Of a stretch of DNA of 64,000 nt, positions 41,197 to 51,474 are shown piece by piece. Every line of letters starts with the position of its first letter. Positions within the stretch are counted from its first letter, which is position 1. The DNA is from an uncultured Desulfarculus sp. (GTDB lineage Bacteria; Desulfobacterota; Desulfarculia; Desulfarculales; Desulfarculaceae): NCBI GenBank assembly GCA_963665125.2, contig CAXXUK010000001.1:544001-608000 (forward strand), given 5' to 3'. The position numbers were made by a program, and so were the translations under genes. A model generated the notes under the pieces. The model did not search any database. It was not told where the DNA came from and was given only the letters and a program-made list of their open reading frames with translations.

Positions 41197-41300
41197 GACC
41201 TGACGCTCGAATTAGACGTCCATAAAAAACTAAAGCGGCCAGGCAAAACGTCCGTAATCGGGACGCAACCTGAGCCGCTTTTAGGGGAACGGCCGCCGTA

Positions 41301-41555
41301 CTAGGCCGGGTAGACGCTGACTTTTTTCTTGTCTTTGCCCAGGCGCTCGAAACGGACGGTGCCGTCGATTGTGGCGAAGATGGTGTAGTCACGGCCCATT
41401 CCGACGTTTTCGCCGGGGTGAACCCGCGTGCCCAACTGGCGAATGATGATGTTGCCGGCCCGCACGTTGGTGCCGTCACCGATCTTCACGCCTCGCCGTT
41501 GACCTTTGGAGTCGCGGCCGTTGCGGGACGAACCGCCTGCTTTTTTATGTGCCAT
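41301..41555 (-). CDS. rpmA: 50S ribosomal protein L27
   Basis: [16 protein letters not shown]. Confidence 0.98.
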   Translation of the reverse strand: MAHKKAGGSSRNGRDSKGQRRGVKIGDGTNVRAGNIIIRQLGTRVHPGENVGMGRDYTIFATIDGTVRFERLGKDKKKVSVYPA

Positions 41556-41577
41556 TTGCTAGTTCTCCCCGCCTTGG

Positions 41578-41889
41578 CTAGGCCTTGATGGCCTCGACGC
41601 GCACAGCAGTAAAGTGCTGGCGATGACCCCGCTTGACGCGGTAGCCCTTGCGGCGTTTCTTTTTGAAAACAACGATCTTGCGGCTCTTGCCCTGCTCGAT
41701 GATGGTGGCCTCGACGGCGGCGCCGTCAATGTACGGCTGACCCACTTTGGGCTCGCCTTCGCCACTGACCAGAAGGACCGGTTCGATGCTGATCTTATCG
41801 CCCACTTCACCGGTCATTTTTTCCAGGCGCAGGACCTGGCCGGGTTCCAGTTTGTATTGTTTGCCACCGTTGGCGACTACTGCGTACAT
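41578..41889 (-). CDS. rplU: 50S ribosomal protein L21
   Basis: MYAVVANGGKQYK...KKKRRKGY...GHRQ; GGAGG RBS. Confidence 0.97.
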   Translation of the reverse strand: MYAVVANGGKQYKLEPGQVLRLEKMTGEVGDKISIEPVLLVSGEGEPKVGQPYIDGAAVEATIIEQGKSRKIVVFKKKRRKGYRVKRGHRQHFTAVRVEAIKA

Positions 41890-41922
41890 GTTAGTTTGTC
41901 CTCCAAAACGCACAGAAAGGCA

Positions 41923-41951
41923 AGTATAGGAGGTGATTGCCCTTCTGTCAA
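41923..41951 (-). promoter_or_regulatory. Sigma70 promoter of the rplU operon
   Basis: TTGACA-N17-TATACT. Confidence 0.8.
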
Positions 41952-42058
41952 CACCGCACGCGGCCCAAACCACCCCTTTGCGGGTTGGGCCGCCCACTTT
42001 CGGCTGGGGACCTTTAATACACCACGGAGCCTGGTTTTTCAAGCGTCTAGAGGCAAAT

Positions 42059-42086
42059 AAAAAGGCCCCGGTTCTCACCGAGGCCC
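42059..42086 (-). terminator. Terminator after hflC
   Basis: GGCCTCGGT-GAGA-ACCGGGGCC followed by TTTTT. Confidence 0.75.
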
Positions 42087-42108
42087 GTAATGCCGATTTG
42101 GCCCGAAT

Positions 42109-43083
42109 TTACTGCGGGCTCTTGATGTACTTCATGTAGTCGCCATCGGTGCTCAGGATCAGTTCCAGCTTTTCGCTGGGCACTTGGCCGTAGCTTTCCA
42201 GGGTCTTGAACATGGCGTAGAACTGCGGGTCCTGGCCAAAGGCCTTGCCGTAGATCTCGGTGGCCTTGGCGTCGGCCTGGCCCCGGATCTCCTGGGCCTT
42301 GCGGTAGGCCTCGGAGCGGATGCCCGCCAGTTCCTTTTTCATGCGGCCCAGGATGGACTGCTTTTCGCCCTCGCCCTCGCTGCGGTACTGGCTGGCGATG
42401 CGCTTGCGTTCGCTGATCATGCGCTCGAAGACCCGCTTCTGCACCGATGACTCATAGTTGATTTTTTTGATGCGCAGGTCGATGACCTCGATGCCGAACT
42501 CGGGCGTCTTTTTCTGGGCTGCCTTGAGCATCTCGGCCAGAATCTCGCCCCGGCCCACCTTCATCACCGGATCGCCGGGCTCCTTGATGGCATCTTGGGC
42601 GTCTTGCCTGGCGGCGCCGAAGTCATATTCTCCGGCCGGATTGGCCATATCTTTCCAATTGGCGCTTCTCACCAGTTCAACCAGCTGGTGCGCCGCGATG
42701 GCGTTGTTGACCACCGAACCGATGATGTCGTCCAGGCGGCTCTGGGCATCATCCATGGTGGCCACTGTCTGTAGATACAGCAGCGGCTCAACGATGTGCC
42801 AGCGGGCCGTGGTGTCCACGAAGATGTATTTTTTATCCGCGGTGTTGATCTGCTTGGGGTCGCCGTCCCATTTCAGAATCCGTTTTTCGATGAGGTTGAC
42901 CTTTTGGATGAACGGCAGCTTGAAATACAGGCCGGCGTCCTTGTAGGGCTTGCCCACGGGCTTGCCGAACTGGGTCAGGATGACTTGCTGGCCCTCGGGA
43001 ACCACGAAGAACGAGGCGTAAGCCACCGCGCCCACCAACACCAGCAGAATAATCAGGGGAACTGCCAATTTCGAGCTGTTCAT
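42109..43083 (-). CDS. hflC: FtsH modulator HflC
   Basis: SPFH domain, QFGKPV, RMISERKRIA, RSEGEG. Confidence 0.94.
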   Translation of the reverse strand: MNSSKLAVPLIILLVLVGAVAYASFFVVPEGQQVILTQFGKPVGKPYKDAGLYFKLPFIQKVNLIEKRILKWDGDPKQINTADKKYIFVDTTARWHIVEPLLYLQTVATMDDAQSRLDDIIGSVVNNAIAAHQLVELVRSANWKDMANPAGEYDFGAARQDAQDAIKEPGDPVMKVGRGEILAEMLKAAQKKTPEFGIEVIDLRIKKINYESSVQKRVFERMISERKRIASQYRSEGEGEKQSILGRMKKELAGIRSEAYRKAQEIRGQADAKATEIYGKAFGQDPQFYAMFKTLESYGQVPSEKLELILSTDGDYMKYIKSPQ

Positions 43084-44117
43084 TTTACCGCCCCCTTTCC
43101 ATTGCCCTGGTCAAGGCTCAAATGGGGCAGGATGCCCTTGACCTTGTCATCGACCACATAGACCTTGGCGGCCTTGGCCACCAGATCCCGCAGGGCGTCG
43201 AGATACATGCGCCGCTTGGTGACTTCCTGGGCCTGGCGGTAGCTGGTCAGCACCGAAATAAACCGCTTGGCCTCGCCGTCGGCCCGGTTGACTATCTCTG
43301 TGGCGTAACCCTCGGCCTCGCTGACAATGCGCTTGGCGTCGCCCTTGGCCTTTGGAATCTCCCGGTTATAGGCTTCCTGGGCCTCGTTGATCATACGTTC
43401 CTTTTGCTGACGGGCCTCGTTGACCTCGTTGAAGGCCGGACGCACCGGGTCTGGCGGGTTGATGTCCTTCATCTGAACGGTGTGAATTCCTATGCCGGTG
43501 TCATATTGATCCAGCAGCGTTTGCAACTCCACCTGCATTTGGTTGCCTATCTCGGTACGCCCCCCGGTCAGCACATCGTCGGCATAACGGTCGCCGACGA
43601 TGTCGCGCATCACCGACTGGGACAGGTCCCATATGGCCTTTTCCGGGTCGCGGATGGCGAACAGATATTTTTTGGGGTCCTTGATGCGGTATTGAACGAT
43701 CCAACTGACGTTGATGACGTTCAGGTCGCCGCTGAGCATCAGCGAAACGTCGCTGAAGTCCTGTTCGGCGTAGCGGGTGCGCACCCCGGCCTTGATGGTT
43801 CGTTGGCCGAATTCCATCTTGTAGATGAATTTGGTCTTGACCTTGGTGACCTGCTCGATACCCAGCGGCAGCTTGAAATTCAGTCCCGGATCGGCCAGGC
43901 GGCTGAATTTGCCGAAACGCTGGACCACGCCGGTTTCTTCGGTGTCGACCTTGTAAACCGATGTCGTGCCCAGCACCACCACGATAATCAAAACCAGGAT
44001 GATCCACAGACCCTTGGGCTTTTTCCCGCCAAAGCGGTTTTTTAGATCCTCTACGACTTTGTTGAAGTCGGGTTCGCTCCCCGTGCCCTTTGGCGGGGGA
44101 GTCCAGTCCATGGGCAT
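43080..44117 (-). CDS. hflK: FtsH modulator HflK
   Basis: VVQRFGK, MLSGDLN, AFNEVNEA, VTKRRMYL. Confidence 0.94.
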   Translation of the reverse strand: MPMDWTPPPKGTGSEPDFNKVVEDLKNRFGGKKPKGLWIILVLIIVVVLGTTSVYKVDTEETGVVQRFGKFSRLADPGLNFKLPLGIEQVTKVKTKFIYKMEFGQRTIKAGVRTRYAEQDFSDVSLMLSGDLNVINVSWIVQYRIKDPKKYLFAIRDPEKAIWDLSQSVMRDIVGDRYADDVLTGGRTEIGNQMQVELQTLLDQYDTGIGIHTVQMKDINPPDPVRPAFNEVNEARQQKERMINEAQEAYNREIPKAKGDAKRIVSEAEGYATEIVNRADGEAKRFISVLTSYRQAQEVTKRRMYLDALRDLVAKAAKVYVVDDKVKGILPHLSLDQGNGKGAVK

Positions 44118-44197
44118 TGTTTATCCTCTTGTAAAAATTTTCGGTTCCAGTGCTTCATACGCCAAAAGCTTAGCAAGTTACGGGCTCATACACAAGC

Positions 44198-45520
44198 TTA
44201 GGCGGCTTCTGTTTGTGGGCGTCCGTTCCAGGGGGCGAATTTAAACAGCAGCAGCATGCCCGGAATGGCGATCAGGGTGCAGAAGATGAAGAAGCCCGAC
44301 CAGCCCATGTGCTCGGCCATGAAGCCGGTGGGGGCCGAGGCGAAGACCCTGGGCACGCCCATCAGGCTGGAGAGCAGGGCGTATTGGGTGGCCGTGAATT
44401 TCTTGTTGGTCAGGGCGGCCATGAACGCCGCATAGGCCGCCGTGCCCATGCCGCCGGAGAGGTTCTCGAAGGCGATGACCGCGGCAAGGCCGGTAACGCT
44501 GGGGCCTATATGGGCCAGCACGGCGAATCCGGCCGTGCTGATGGCCTGCAAAAAGCCGAAGATCCACAGGGCCCGGTTGATGCCGGTCTTGATCATGATC
44601 ACGCCGCCCAGCAGGGCTCCGGCGATGGTGGCCCAAAAGCCGAAGAGCTTGACCACCGCGCCGATCTGGGTCTTGGTGAAGCCGATATCCAGGTAAAACG
44701 GCGTGGTCATGGTGGAGGCCATGGTGTCGCCGATTTTGTACAAAAGGATGAAGGCCAGGACTCCCAGGCCCCAGCGAACGCCCGAGCGGCTGAAGTATTC
44801 CACGAAGGGCTCCACCAAGGCTTCGCGCATGGTCCGTGGGGCGCCGGAGCTGGCGTCGGGCTCGGGCGTGAATAGGGTGGTTATGACGCCGGCAGCCATG
44901 CAGGCCGCCATGATCAGATAGACTTCTCGGAAGCTCATGTGGTCGGCCATGATCAGGCCGCCGCCGCTGGCCAGGAGCATGCCCACCCTATAGCCGTTGA
45001 TGTACAGCGATGAACCCAGACCCAGTTCGTTGTCGGCCAGGTCTTCCCGCCGGTAGGCGTCTATGGTGATGTCCTGGCTGGCGCTGAAGAACGTCACGAA
45101 CAGGGCGGCCAGGGCGACCATGGCCGGGTTGTGGGCCGGGTTGGTGAAGGCCAGCCAGATTATGGCAAGAATCAACAGGCCCTGGGCCCAGAGCATCCAG
45201 CCCCGGCGGCGGCCCAAGATGCCCAGCGTAAGGCGTAGGGGCAAGTTAAGGGCGCGTTTCCAGAGAGGATAGGGCTGGCCGGGCTGAGGTTCCAGCCAGG
45301 GAAAGCTGTTGCGGTCTAAAAGGGGAGCCCAGACGAACTTGAGGGTGTAGGGCAGGCCCACCAGGGCCATCAGCCCGATGGTGGCCAGGTCGACCCCTGC
45401 CTGCTTCATCCAGGCTTGCAGGAGGCTGATTGTGAGTAAAAGCGGCAGGCCCGAGGAAAAGCCCATGACAAAAGCCACCAGCATGCGGCGGCTGACGATG
45501 GTCCGAAGTAATGAGCTCAT
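44198..45520 (-). CDS. ampG: AmpG-family muropeptide MFS transporter
   Basis: GFSSGLPL, GRRRGW, SASQDITIDAYR, TATQYALL. Confidence 0.92.
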   Translation of the reverse strand: MSSLLRTIVSRRMLVAFVMGFSSGLPLLLTISLLQAWMKQAGVDLATIGLMALVGLPYTLKFVWAPLLDRNSFPWLEPQPGQPYPLWKRALNLPLRLTLGILGRRRGWMLWAQGLLILAIIWLAFTNPAHNPAMVALAALFVTFFSASQDITIDAYRREDLADNELGLGSSLYINGYRVGMLLASGGGLIMADHMSFREVYLIMAACMAAGVITTLFTPEPDASSGAPRTMREALVEPFVEYFSRSGVRWGLGVLAFILLYKIGDTMASTMTTPFYLDIGFTKTQIGAVVKLFGFWATIAGALLGGVIMIKTGINRALWIFGFLQAISTAGFAVLAHIGPSVTGLAAVIAFENLSGGMGTAAYAAFMAALTNKKFTATQYALLSSLMGVPRVFASAPTGFMAEHMGWSGFFIFCTLIAIPGMLLLFKFAPWNGRPQTEAA

Positions 45521-45548
45521 CCCCGGCCCGGCCCTCCTTGATTCGCGA

Positions 45549-46016
45549 TCAACCTACGCTGACGATTTCGACGATGCGCTGGCCGCCCGGCGTGATTACC
45601 TTGACTTCGTCGCCTTCTTCCTTGCCTATGAGGGCCTGGCCCACCGGCGAGGTCATGGATATGCGGCCGGCGCTGGCGTCGCTTTCAGCCGGTCCGACTA
45701 TCTGATAGCTGAACTCATCATCGCTATCCGGGTCGTACAGGGTCACCGTGCAGCCGAAGACCACCCTGCCGTTGGGGCTCGGCAGCGGGTCAATGACTTC
45801 GGACATTGCAAGTTCCATTTTTATCTCAGCTATTTTGGCCGAGATAATGGCGTTGCGTTCCTTGGCCGCATGGTATTCGGCGTTTTCGGAGAGATCGCCG
45901 TGTGCCCTGGCTTCTTCGATGGCCGTAACCGAAGCCGGAAGCTCCACCTTGCGCAATTGACTCAACTCTTCCTGGAGTCTGTTCCGCCCCACGGCGGTCA
46001 GCAGCCTTCTGTCCAC
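45549..46016 (-). CDS. greA: Transcription elongation factor GreA
   Basis: ARAHGDLSENAEYHAAKE, SPVGQALIGK; GTG start with AGGAG RBS. Confidence 0.95.
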   Translation of the reverse strand: MDRRLLTAVGRNRLQEELSQLRKVELPASVTAIEEARAHGDLSENAEYHAAKERNAIISAKIAEIKMELAMSEVIDPLPSPNGRVVFGCTVTLYDPDSDDEFSYQIVGPAESDASAGRISMTSPVGQALIGKEEGDEVKVITPGGQRIVEIVSVG

Positions 46017-46313
46017 GAATGGCTCCTTGCGAAAAATCAGGATAGTACAATAGCAAAGCCGCCCCCGGGGCGAACGGCCCGGAGGCGAATACTCAATCCT
46101 AAAACATGGAACGAAGTATAACAGCTTTCGGCCCGGCGCACAAATTATCATATAAATATACGAGCTTGTTCTGTTGTAGCATTGCATGGCCGGTGCTATA
46201 CTTTGCCCCCGACATAGAGCCAAAGGCCGACAGCGTCTTTGGACGATGTTTTAGTGCGTCTTGACAACGGCGTCGCTTTTGTGTAGTGAACACAATCTGG
46301 AGCCAGGCTGCCG

Positions 46314-46835
46314 ATGAAGGTCCGTTTGGAAGACATACCCGAAGAGGGCCTTGATGTCGCGTTTGAAATAAAATCGGCGGCGGCTCAAGACCTCGGCGAC
46401 GTGGTCGAAGAGATCATTGAGGCTCCCAGGGCATCGCTGTATTTGAATAAAACCGGCGATATCGTGTTGGCCAGGGGCAGGGCTTCGGCCCGTCTGCGCA
46501 TGGATTGCAGCCGCTGCCTCCAAAGCTTTGACATGAGCATCGACCAGGACATGGACCTCGTGTTCCAGCCCGCGGTCGAACACGACGACGAGATAGCCCT
46601 GGCTTCCGCAGACATGGAAGTCAGTTTTTATGAAGGTGACGAAGTGGACCTGGGGCAGGCGGTTTTGGATGAAATCGGCCTGGCCATACCCATGGCTCCG
46701 CTATGCAGGCCGGAATGCGACGGCATATGCCCGCATTGCGGCAAGGATTTGCGCCAGGGCCCGTGTCAGTGCGGCGCCAAGGAGCTTGACCCCCGCTGGG
46801 TCAGGCTGGCCGAATTGAAAAAACAAATTGACTAA
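46314..46835 (+). CDS. yceD: DUF177/YceD protein
   Basis: CSRCL, PLCRPECDGICPHCG, DPRW; upstream of rpmF. Confidence 0.9.
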   Translation: MKVRLEDIPEEGLDVAFEIKSAAAQDLGDVVEEIIEAPRASLYLNKTGDIVLARGRASARLRMDCSRCLQSFDMSIDQDMDLVFQPAVEHDDEIALASADMEVSFYEGDEVDLGQAVLDEIGLAIPMAPLCRPECDGICPHCGKDLRQGPCQCGAKELDPRWVRLAELKKQID

Positions 46836-46875
46836 AACCGCGGCCTGACACCGCGGCCTCAATGGAGTTGATAAA

Positions 46876-47055
46876 ATGGCCGTTCCCAAAAGACGACAGT
46901 CCACCACCCGACGGGATAAACGACGCTCGCACGATGCCATCACTCTGCCCAACCCCACGCCGTGCCCCCAGTGCGGCGAGCCGAAGATGCCCCATCGCGT
47001 GTGCCCTTCCTGCGGCACCTATAAGGGACGCCAGGTAGTCGAGCCCAAAGAGTAA
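46876..47055 (+). CDS. rpmF: 50S ribosomal protein L32 (59 aa, Zn-ribbon type)
   Basis: Hand translation [19 protein letters not shown]...CPQCG...[12 protein letters not shown]; absent from the ORF track. Confidence 0.96.
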   Translation: MAVPKRRQSTTRRDKRRSHDAITLPNPTPCPQCGEPKMPHRVCPSCGTYKGRQVVEPKE

Positions 47056-47074
47056 CCAGGCCTAGGTTATTCTA

Positions 47075-48103
47075 ATGCGCATCGCCCTTGACGGCATGGG
47101 TGGCGATGGGGCCCCTGGCTCCATCGTCGAAGGGGCTATTTTAGGGCTGAAAAAGTCCAAAAAAGCCTACGAAGTGGTTTTGGTGGGCCAGACCGAGGTG
47201 CTTGAGCAGGAACTCGAGCGCCTCGGCGGTGCGCCGGAAGGCCTTCATCTGCATCACGCCTCCCAGGTGGTGGGCATGGCCGATGCTCCCGCCGCAGCTC
47301 TGCGCCGCCTGCGTGACGCATCCATCCGCGTTTGTTTCGACCTGCTCAAAGAGGGCGATGTCGACGCGGTGGTCAGCGCCGGCAACAGCGGCGCGACCAT
47401 GGCCACGGGCGCGGTGGTCATGGGCCGTTTGCCCGAGGTGGACCGACCGGCTCTGGCTTCCGTTTTGCCGGGGCCTTACGGCCCGGTGGTGCTGGTGGAC
47501 GTCGGCGCCAACGTCGATTGCAGTCCGCTGGTGCTTTTGCAGTTCGGATACATGGGCTCGGCCTTTGCCCAGCGCGTGCTGGAGGTCGAAAATCCAAAGG
47601 TCGGCCTGATGTCCATCGGCGAGGAAGGCGGCAAGGGCAACCAGGTCGTCAAGCGGGCATATGAAGAATTCATGGACAGCGGCCTCAACTTCGTCGGCAA
47701 CGTCGAAGGCCGTGATATCTTTTCCGACACCGCCCAGGTCATTGTCTGCGACGGGTTTGTCGGCAATGTTTGCCTGAAACTCAGCGAGTCCCTCATCGAA
47801 ATGGCCGTTGGCGTGTTCATGGAACTGCTTTCCAGCAGCGCCCTGGGAAAAACGGCCAGCCTGCTTTTAAAGTCCCAACTCAAAAAAATGATCGCGCGCT
47901 TCGACCATGCCAATTATGGCGGTGCCCCGTTGCTGGGCATAAATGGCGTGGCGTTTATTTGTCACGGCGCGTCCTCACCCAAAGCAATCTCCGCGGCCTT
48001 GCGCCAGGCGACCGAAGCGGTTAACGGTCGTTTGACACACCATTTAGCCGAAGGACTACAACAATTCCGTGGAACCTTGCTAGGCGAGGGCGACCAGGGT
48101 TAG
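47075..48103 (+). CDS. plsX: Phosphate acyltransferase PlsX
   Basis: IALDGMGGD, VSAGNSGA, DRPAL, DVGANVD, CDGFVGN. Confidence 0.96.
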   Translation: MRIALDGMGGDGAPGSIVEGAILGLKKSKKAYEVVLVGQTEVLEQELERLGGAPEGLHLHHASQVVGMADAPAAALRRLRDASIRVCFDLLKEGDVDAVVSAGNSGATMATGAVVMGRLPEVDRPALASVLPGPYGPVVLVDVGANVDCSPLVLLQFGYMGSAFAQRVLEVENPKVGLMSIGEEGGKGNQVVKRAYEEFMDSGLNFVGNVEGRDIFSDTAQVIVCDGFVGNVCLKLSESLIEMAVGVFMELLSSSALGKTASLLLKSQLKKMIARFDHANYGGAPLLGINGVAFICHGASSPKAISAALRQATEAVNGRLTHHLAEGLQQFRGTLLGEGDQG

Positions 48104-48161
48104 AATGGCCCGCGTCCGGATGTGGGCTGTTTTTTTTGGTTAACTCCAGTTGGATAGGTCT

Positions 48162-49319
48162 ATGGACTATTTCCTTAGTGAAGAGCAGGAGATGATTAGA
48201 GACCTGTGCCGGCAGATCGCCGAGGAGCGAATCAAGCCGGTGCGGGCGGAACTTGATGAAAAAGAAGAGTTCCCCACAGAGATTATCAAGGCCTTGGCCC
48301 AAGCCGATTTGCTGGGCCTTGTGATTCCCGAGGAATACGGCGGATTGGGTGGCGGTTGCCTGGAAAACTGCATCGCCGTTGAAGAACTTTCCAGGGCCTG
48401 CGTTGGCGTATCCACCAGTTACGCCGCGACCTTCCTCGGTGCCTTTCCCATTATCCTTTACGGCTCCAAAGCCCAAAAGGAGCACTACCTGAGCCAGATC
48501 GCCACCGGCGAAAAGCTATGCGCCTTTGCCCTGACCGAGTCGGCGGCCGGCTCGGACGCCTCGGCCATTACAACCGAGGCCCGCAAGGAAGGCGACTATT
48601 ACGTGCTCAACGGTTCCAAACAGTGGATCACCAACGGAGGTCACGCCGGGATCTACACCGTCATCGCCATCACAGACCGCAGCAAGGGCCCCCGGGGCGC
48701 CAGCGCCTTTATCGTTGAAGAGGGCGACGAAGGCTTCAGCGTCGGCAAAAAGGAAACCAAGCTGGGCATCAGGGCCAGCGCCACGGCCGAGTTGATCTTC
48801 AACGACTGCCGCATCCCTGCCGACCGGCTGATCAGCCGTGAGGGCATGGGTTTTGTGGTGGCCATGCGCACCTTTGACCTGTCGCGCCCCGGCGTGGGAG
48901 CCCAGGGCGTGGGCGTGGCCCAGGGGGCCCTGGACGAAGCAGCCGCCTTTGCCCGCACGCGCAAGCAGTTCGGCAAACCCATCATCACCTTCCAGGCCGT
49001 GGCCCACATGCTGGCCGATATGGCCACCAAGGTCGAAGCGGCTCGTGCCCTGACCTACAGCGTGGCCCGCTATATCGACAGCGGGGCCAAGGACATCAGT
49101 AAGGTCAGCGCCATGGCCAAGGTGATGCCCACCGATATGGCCATGCAGGTGACCACCGACGCGGTGCAGGTTATGGGTGGTCACGGCTATATGCGCGAAT
49201 ATCCGGTTGAAAAAATGATGCGTGACGCCAAGATCCTCCAGATCTACGAAGGCACGAACCAGATTCAGCGCAATGTCATCGGCCAGGAACTGAACAAGGA
49301 GTACGGTCGACGCAAGTAA
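48162..49319 (+). CDS. Acyl-CoA dehydrogenase (butyryl-CoA dehydrogenase-like)
   Basis: AFALTE..AGSDA, KQWITNGG, RKQFG, RDAKILQIYEGTNQIQR. Confidence 0.94.
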   Translation: MDYFLSEEQEMIRDLCRQIAEERIKPVRAELDEKEEFPTEIIKALAQADLLGLVIPEEYGGLGGGCLENCIAVEELSRACVGVSTSYAATFLGAFPIILYGSKAQKEHYLSQIATGEKLCAFALTESAAGSDASAITTEARKEGDYYVLNGSKQWITNGGHAGIYTVIAITDRSKGPRGASAFIVEEGDEGFSVGKKETKLGIRASATAELIFNDCRIPADRLISREGMGFVVAMRTFDLSRPGVGAQGVGVAQGALDEAAAFARTRKQFGKPIITFQAVAHMLADMATKVEAARALTYSVARYIDSGAKDISKVSAMAKVMPTDMAMQVTTDAVQVMGGHGYMREYPVEKMMRDAKILQIYEGTNQIQRNVIGQELNKEYGRRK

Positions 49320-49379
49320 TCGGCCACCGCATTAAAGTTATTGCTTTAACTTGACGGTGGTTGGCCAGAGGTGCGCCCA

Positions 49380-50177
49380 ATGAAAATAATTGTATGCATA
49401 AAACAAGTCCCGGATACGGCCAGCGTTAAGCTGGACCCCGAGACCCACACCCTCAAGCGCGAGGGTGTTGATAGTATAATCAACCCCTTTGATTTGTTCG
49501 CCCTGGAGGCCGCCCTGCGGCTGCGCGAGGAACACGGCGGCGCCATCGATGTGCTGAGCATGGGCCCGCCCCAGGCCGCCGAAGTTATCAAGGAGGCCAT
49601 CGGCTACGGCGTGAACGAGGGTTTGCTTTTAAGTGACCGGGCCTTTGCCGGGGCCGACACCTGGGCCACCACCGCCGCCTTGGCCGCGGGAGTGGATCAC
49701 CTGGGCGGGGCGGACGTGATCATCTGCGGCAAGCAGGCCATAGACGGCGACACCGCCCAGGTGGGGCCGGGCTTGGCCCAGCGCCTGGGCATCCCCCATA
49801 TCGCATTTGTGCGGGCCATCAACGAAGTGACCGGCAGCGACATGACCGTGGAACGGCAGATGGACGACGGTTACGACGTGGTCAAGGCCACGCTGCCGGT
49901 GCTGTTGACGGTCGTTCGGCAGATAGGCCAACCCCGGCCGCCTTCCCTGAAGGGCAAGATGAGGGCCAAAAAATACGAGGTGCCCGTTGCCGACGCCGCG
50001 GCTCTGGGCCTGGACCCGGCGGACATCGGCCTGGCCGGCAGCTACACCCAGGTCGTCAAGGTCTTCGCGCCGGAGATGGGCGGGGAACGCCGCATGTTCG
50101 AAGGCCCGGCGGCCCAGATCGGGGCCGAGGCCATCGACGCGTTGGTCGACACCCACGTAATCCGGTTGGGGGAGTGA
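49380..50177 (+). CDS. etfB: Electron transfer flavoprotein beta subunit
   Basis: CIKQVPDT, INPFD, SDRAFAGADT, DGDTAQVGP. Confidence 0.95.
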   Translation: MKIIVCIKQVPDTASVKLDPETHTLKREGVDSIINPFDLFALEAALRLREEHGGAIDVLSMGPPQAAEVIKEAIGYGVNEGLLLSDRAFAGADTWATTAALAAGVDHLGGADVIICGKQAIDGDTAQVGPGLAQRLGIPHIAFVRAINEVTGSDMTVERQMDDGYDVVKATLPVLLTVVRQIGQPRPPSLKGKMRAKKYEVPVADAAALGLDPADIGLAGSYTQVVKVFAPEMGGERRMFEGPAAQIGAEAIDALVDTHVIRLGE

Positions 50178-50180
50178 GCC

Positions 50181-51368
50181 ATGGCCCTGCTGATAAATAA
50201 AGAGCTTTGCACCGGCTGCGGTTCCTGCGCCGACGCCTGCCCCTTCGAGGCTATCGATGTTGTCGACGATATCGCGGTCGTTGGCGATGGCTGCACCCTG
50301 TGCGGCAGTTGCGTGGATGTTTGCCCTGAAGAGGCCATCACCCTGGAGGAGATCGAGCGCAAGGCCGACGGCCGGGCCGCCGAGGCCAAGGGCGTTTGGG
50401 TCTATGCCGAGAAGCGCGGCGGCCAGATGCCCGAGGTGGTGGCCGAACTGCTGGGCCAGGGTCGCCGGCTGGCCGATGAGCTGGGCGCCGAACTCAGCGC
50501 TGTTTTGCTGGGCTCGGGCGTTGAAGGCCTGGCCGCCGAATTGTTTGCCCAGGGCGCTGACTGCGTGTACCTGGCCGATGATCCCGGTCTGGAGTTTTTC
50601 AACGACGACGCCTATGCGGGCGTTCTGGCCGGGTTGATCGCCGAGCACAAACCGGAGGTTCTACTGGCCGGGGCCACGGCGGTTGGCCGTTCCATGATAC
50701 CCCGCCTGGCAACGGCCGTGCGCACCGGTTTGACCGCCGACTGCACCAACCTGGCCATCGACTCGGAGACCAAGCTCCTGTTGCAGACCCGACCGGCCTT
50801 CGGCGGCAACATCATGGCCACGATCACCTGCGCCCGGGCCCGGCCCCAGATGGCCACGGTGCGGCCCAGGGTGATGAAGGCCCTGGAACCCCAGCCCGGC
50901 AGACAGGGCCGCCTGGTCAAGGTGGACGTCAAACCGGCCGGTTCCACCGAGGTGCTAAAGGTAGTCCAGGAGATCGAGGATCAGGTCAACCTGACCGGCG
51001 CGGAGGTAGTGGTTTGCGGCGGCCGAGGGGTGGGTGGCCCCGAAGGGTTCGAGCTTGTGCGTGAACTGGCCAGGGAACTGGGCGGCGTCGTTGGCGCCAC
51101 CCGGGGCGCGGTGGACAGCGAATGGATCGGCCACGCCCATCAGGTGGGCCAGACCGGCCGGACCATCGCCCCAAGACTGTATATCGGTTTGGGCGTGGCC
51201 GGGGCTGTCCAGCATCTGGTGGGTATGCAGTCGTCGGACACCATAGTTGCCGTTAATAAAGATCCCGGCGCGCCGATTTTCCAAGCCGCCCACTATGGTA
51301 TAGTGGGAGATCTTTTCGACGTCGTGCCGGCGATGATTGAGCGTTTGCGTCAGCGGCGCTCGGGATGA
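50181..51368 (+). CDS. etfA: Electron transfer flavoprotein alpha subunit with N-terminal 2x[4Fe-4S] domain
   Basis: CTGCGSCADACP and CTLCGSCVDVCP; GLTADC, RPAFGGN, QVGQTG, QHLVGM. Confidence 0.94.
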   Translation: MALLINKELCTGCGSCADACPFEAIDVVDDIAVVGDGCTLCGSCVDVCPEEAITLEEIERKADGRAAEAKGVWVYAEKRGGQMPEVVAELLGQGRRLADELGAELSAVLLGSGVEGLAAELFAQGADCVYLADDPGLEFFNDDAYAGVLAGLIAEHKPEVLLAGATAVGRSMIPRLATAVRTGLTADCTNLAIDSETKLLLQTRPAFGGNIMATITCARARPQMATVRPRVMKALEPQPGRQGRLVKVDVKPAGSTEVLKVVQEIEDQVNLTGAEVVVCGGRGVGGPEGFELVRELARELGGVVGATRGAVDSEWIGHAHQVGQTGRTIAPRLYIGLGVAGAVQHLVGMQSSDTIVAVNKDPGAPIFQAAHYGIVGDLFDVVPAMIERLRQRRSG

Positions 51369-51474
51369 GTGGCGTTTGCCGAGTGGGTTTACTAACTGCT
51401 TTTGCACTAATCTGCCGGATTGGCGGATGCGTAAATAGTGTTGACAATCCGCGCAGTATGTGAAAGGTGAAAGC

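Noticed and set aside
49332..49349. TTAAAG-N6-CTTTAA palindrome before etfB
   Set aside because: Single short instance with no second copy noticed; could be chance.
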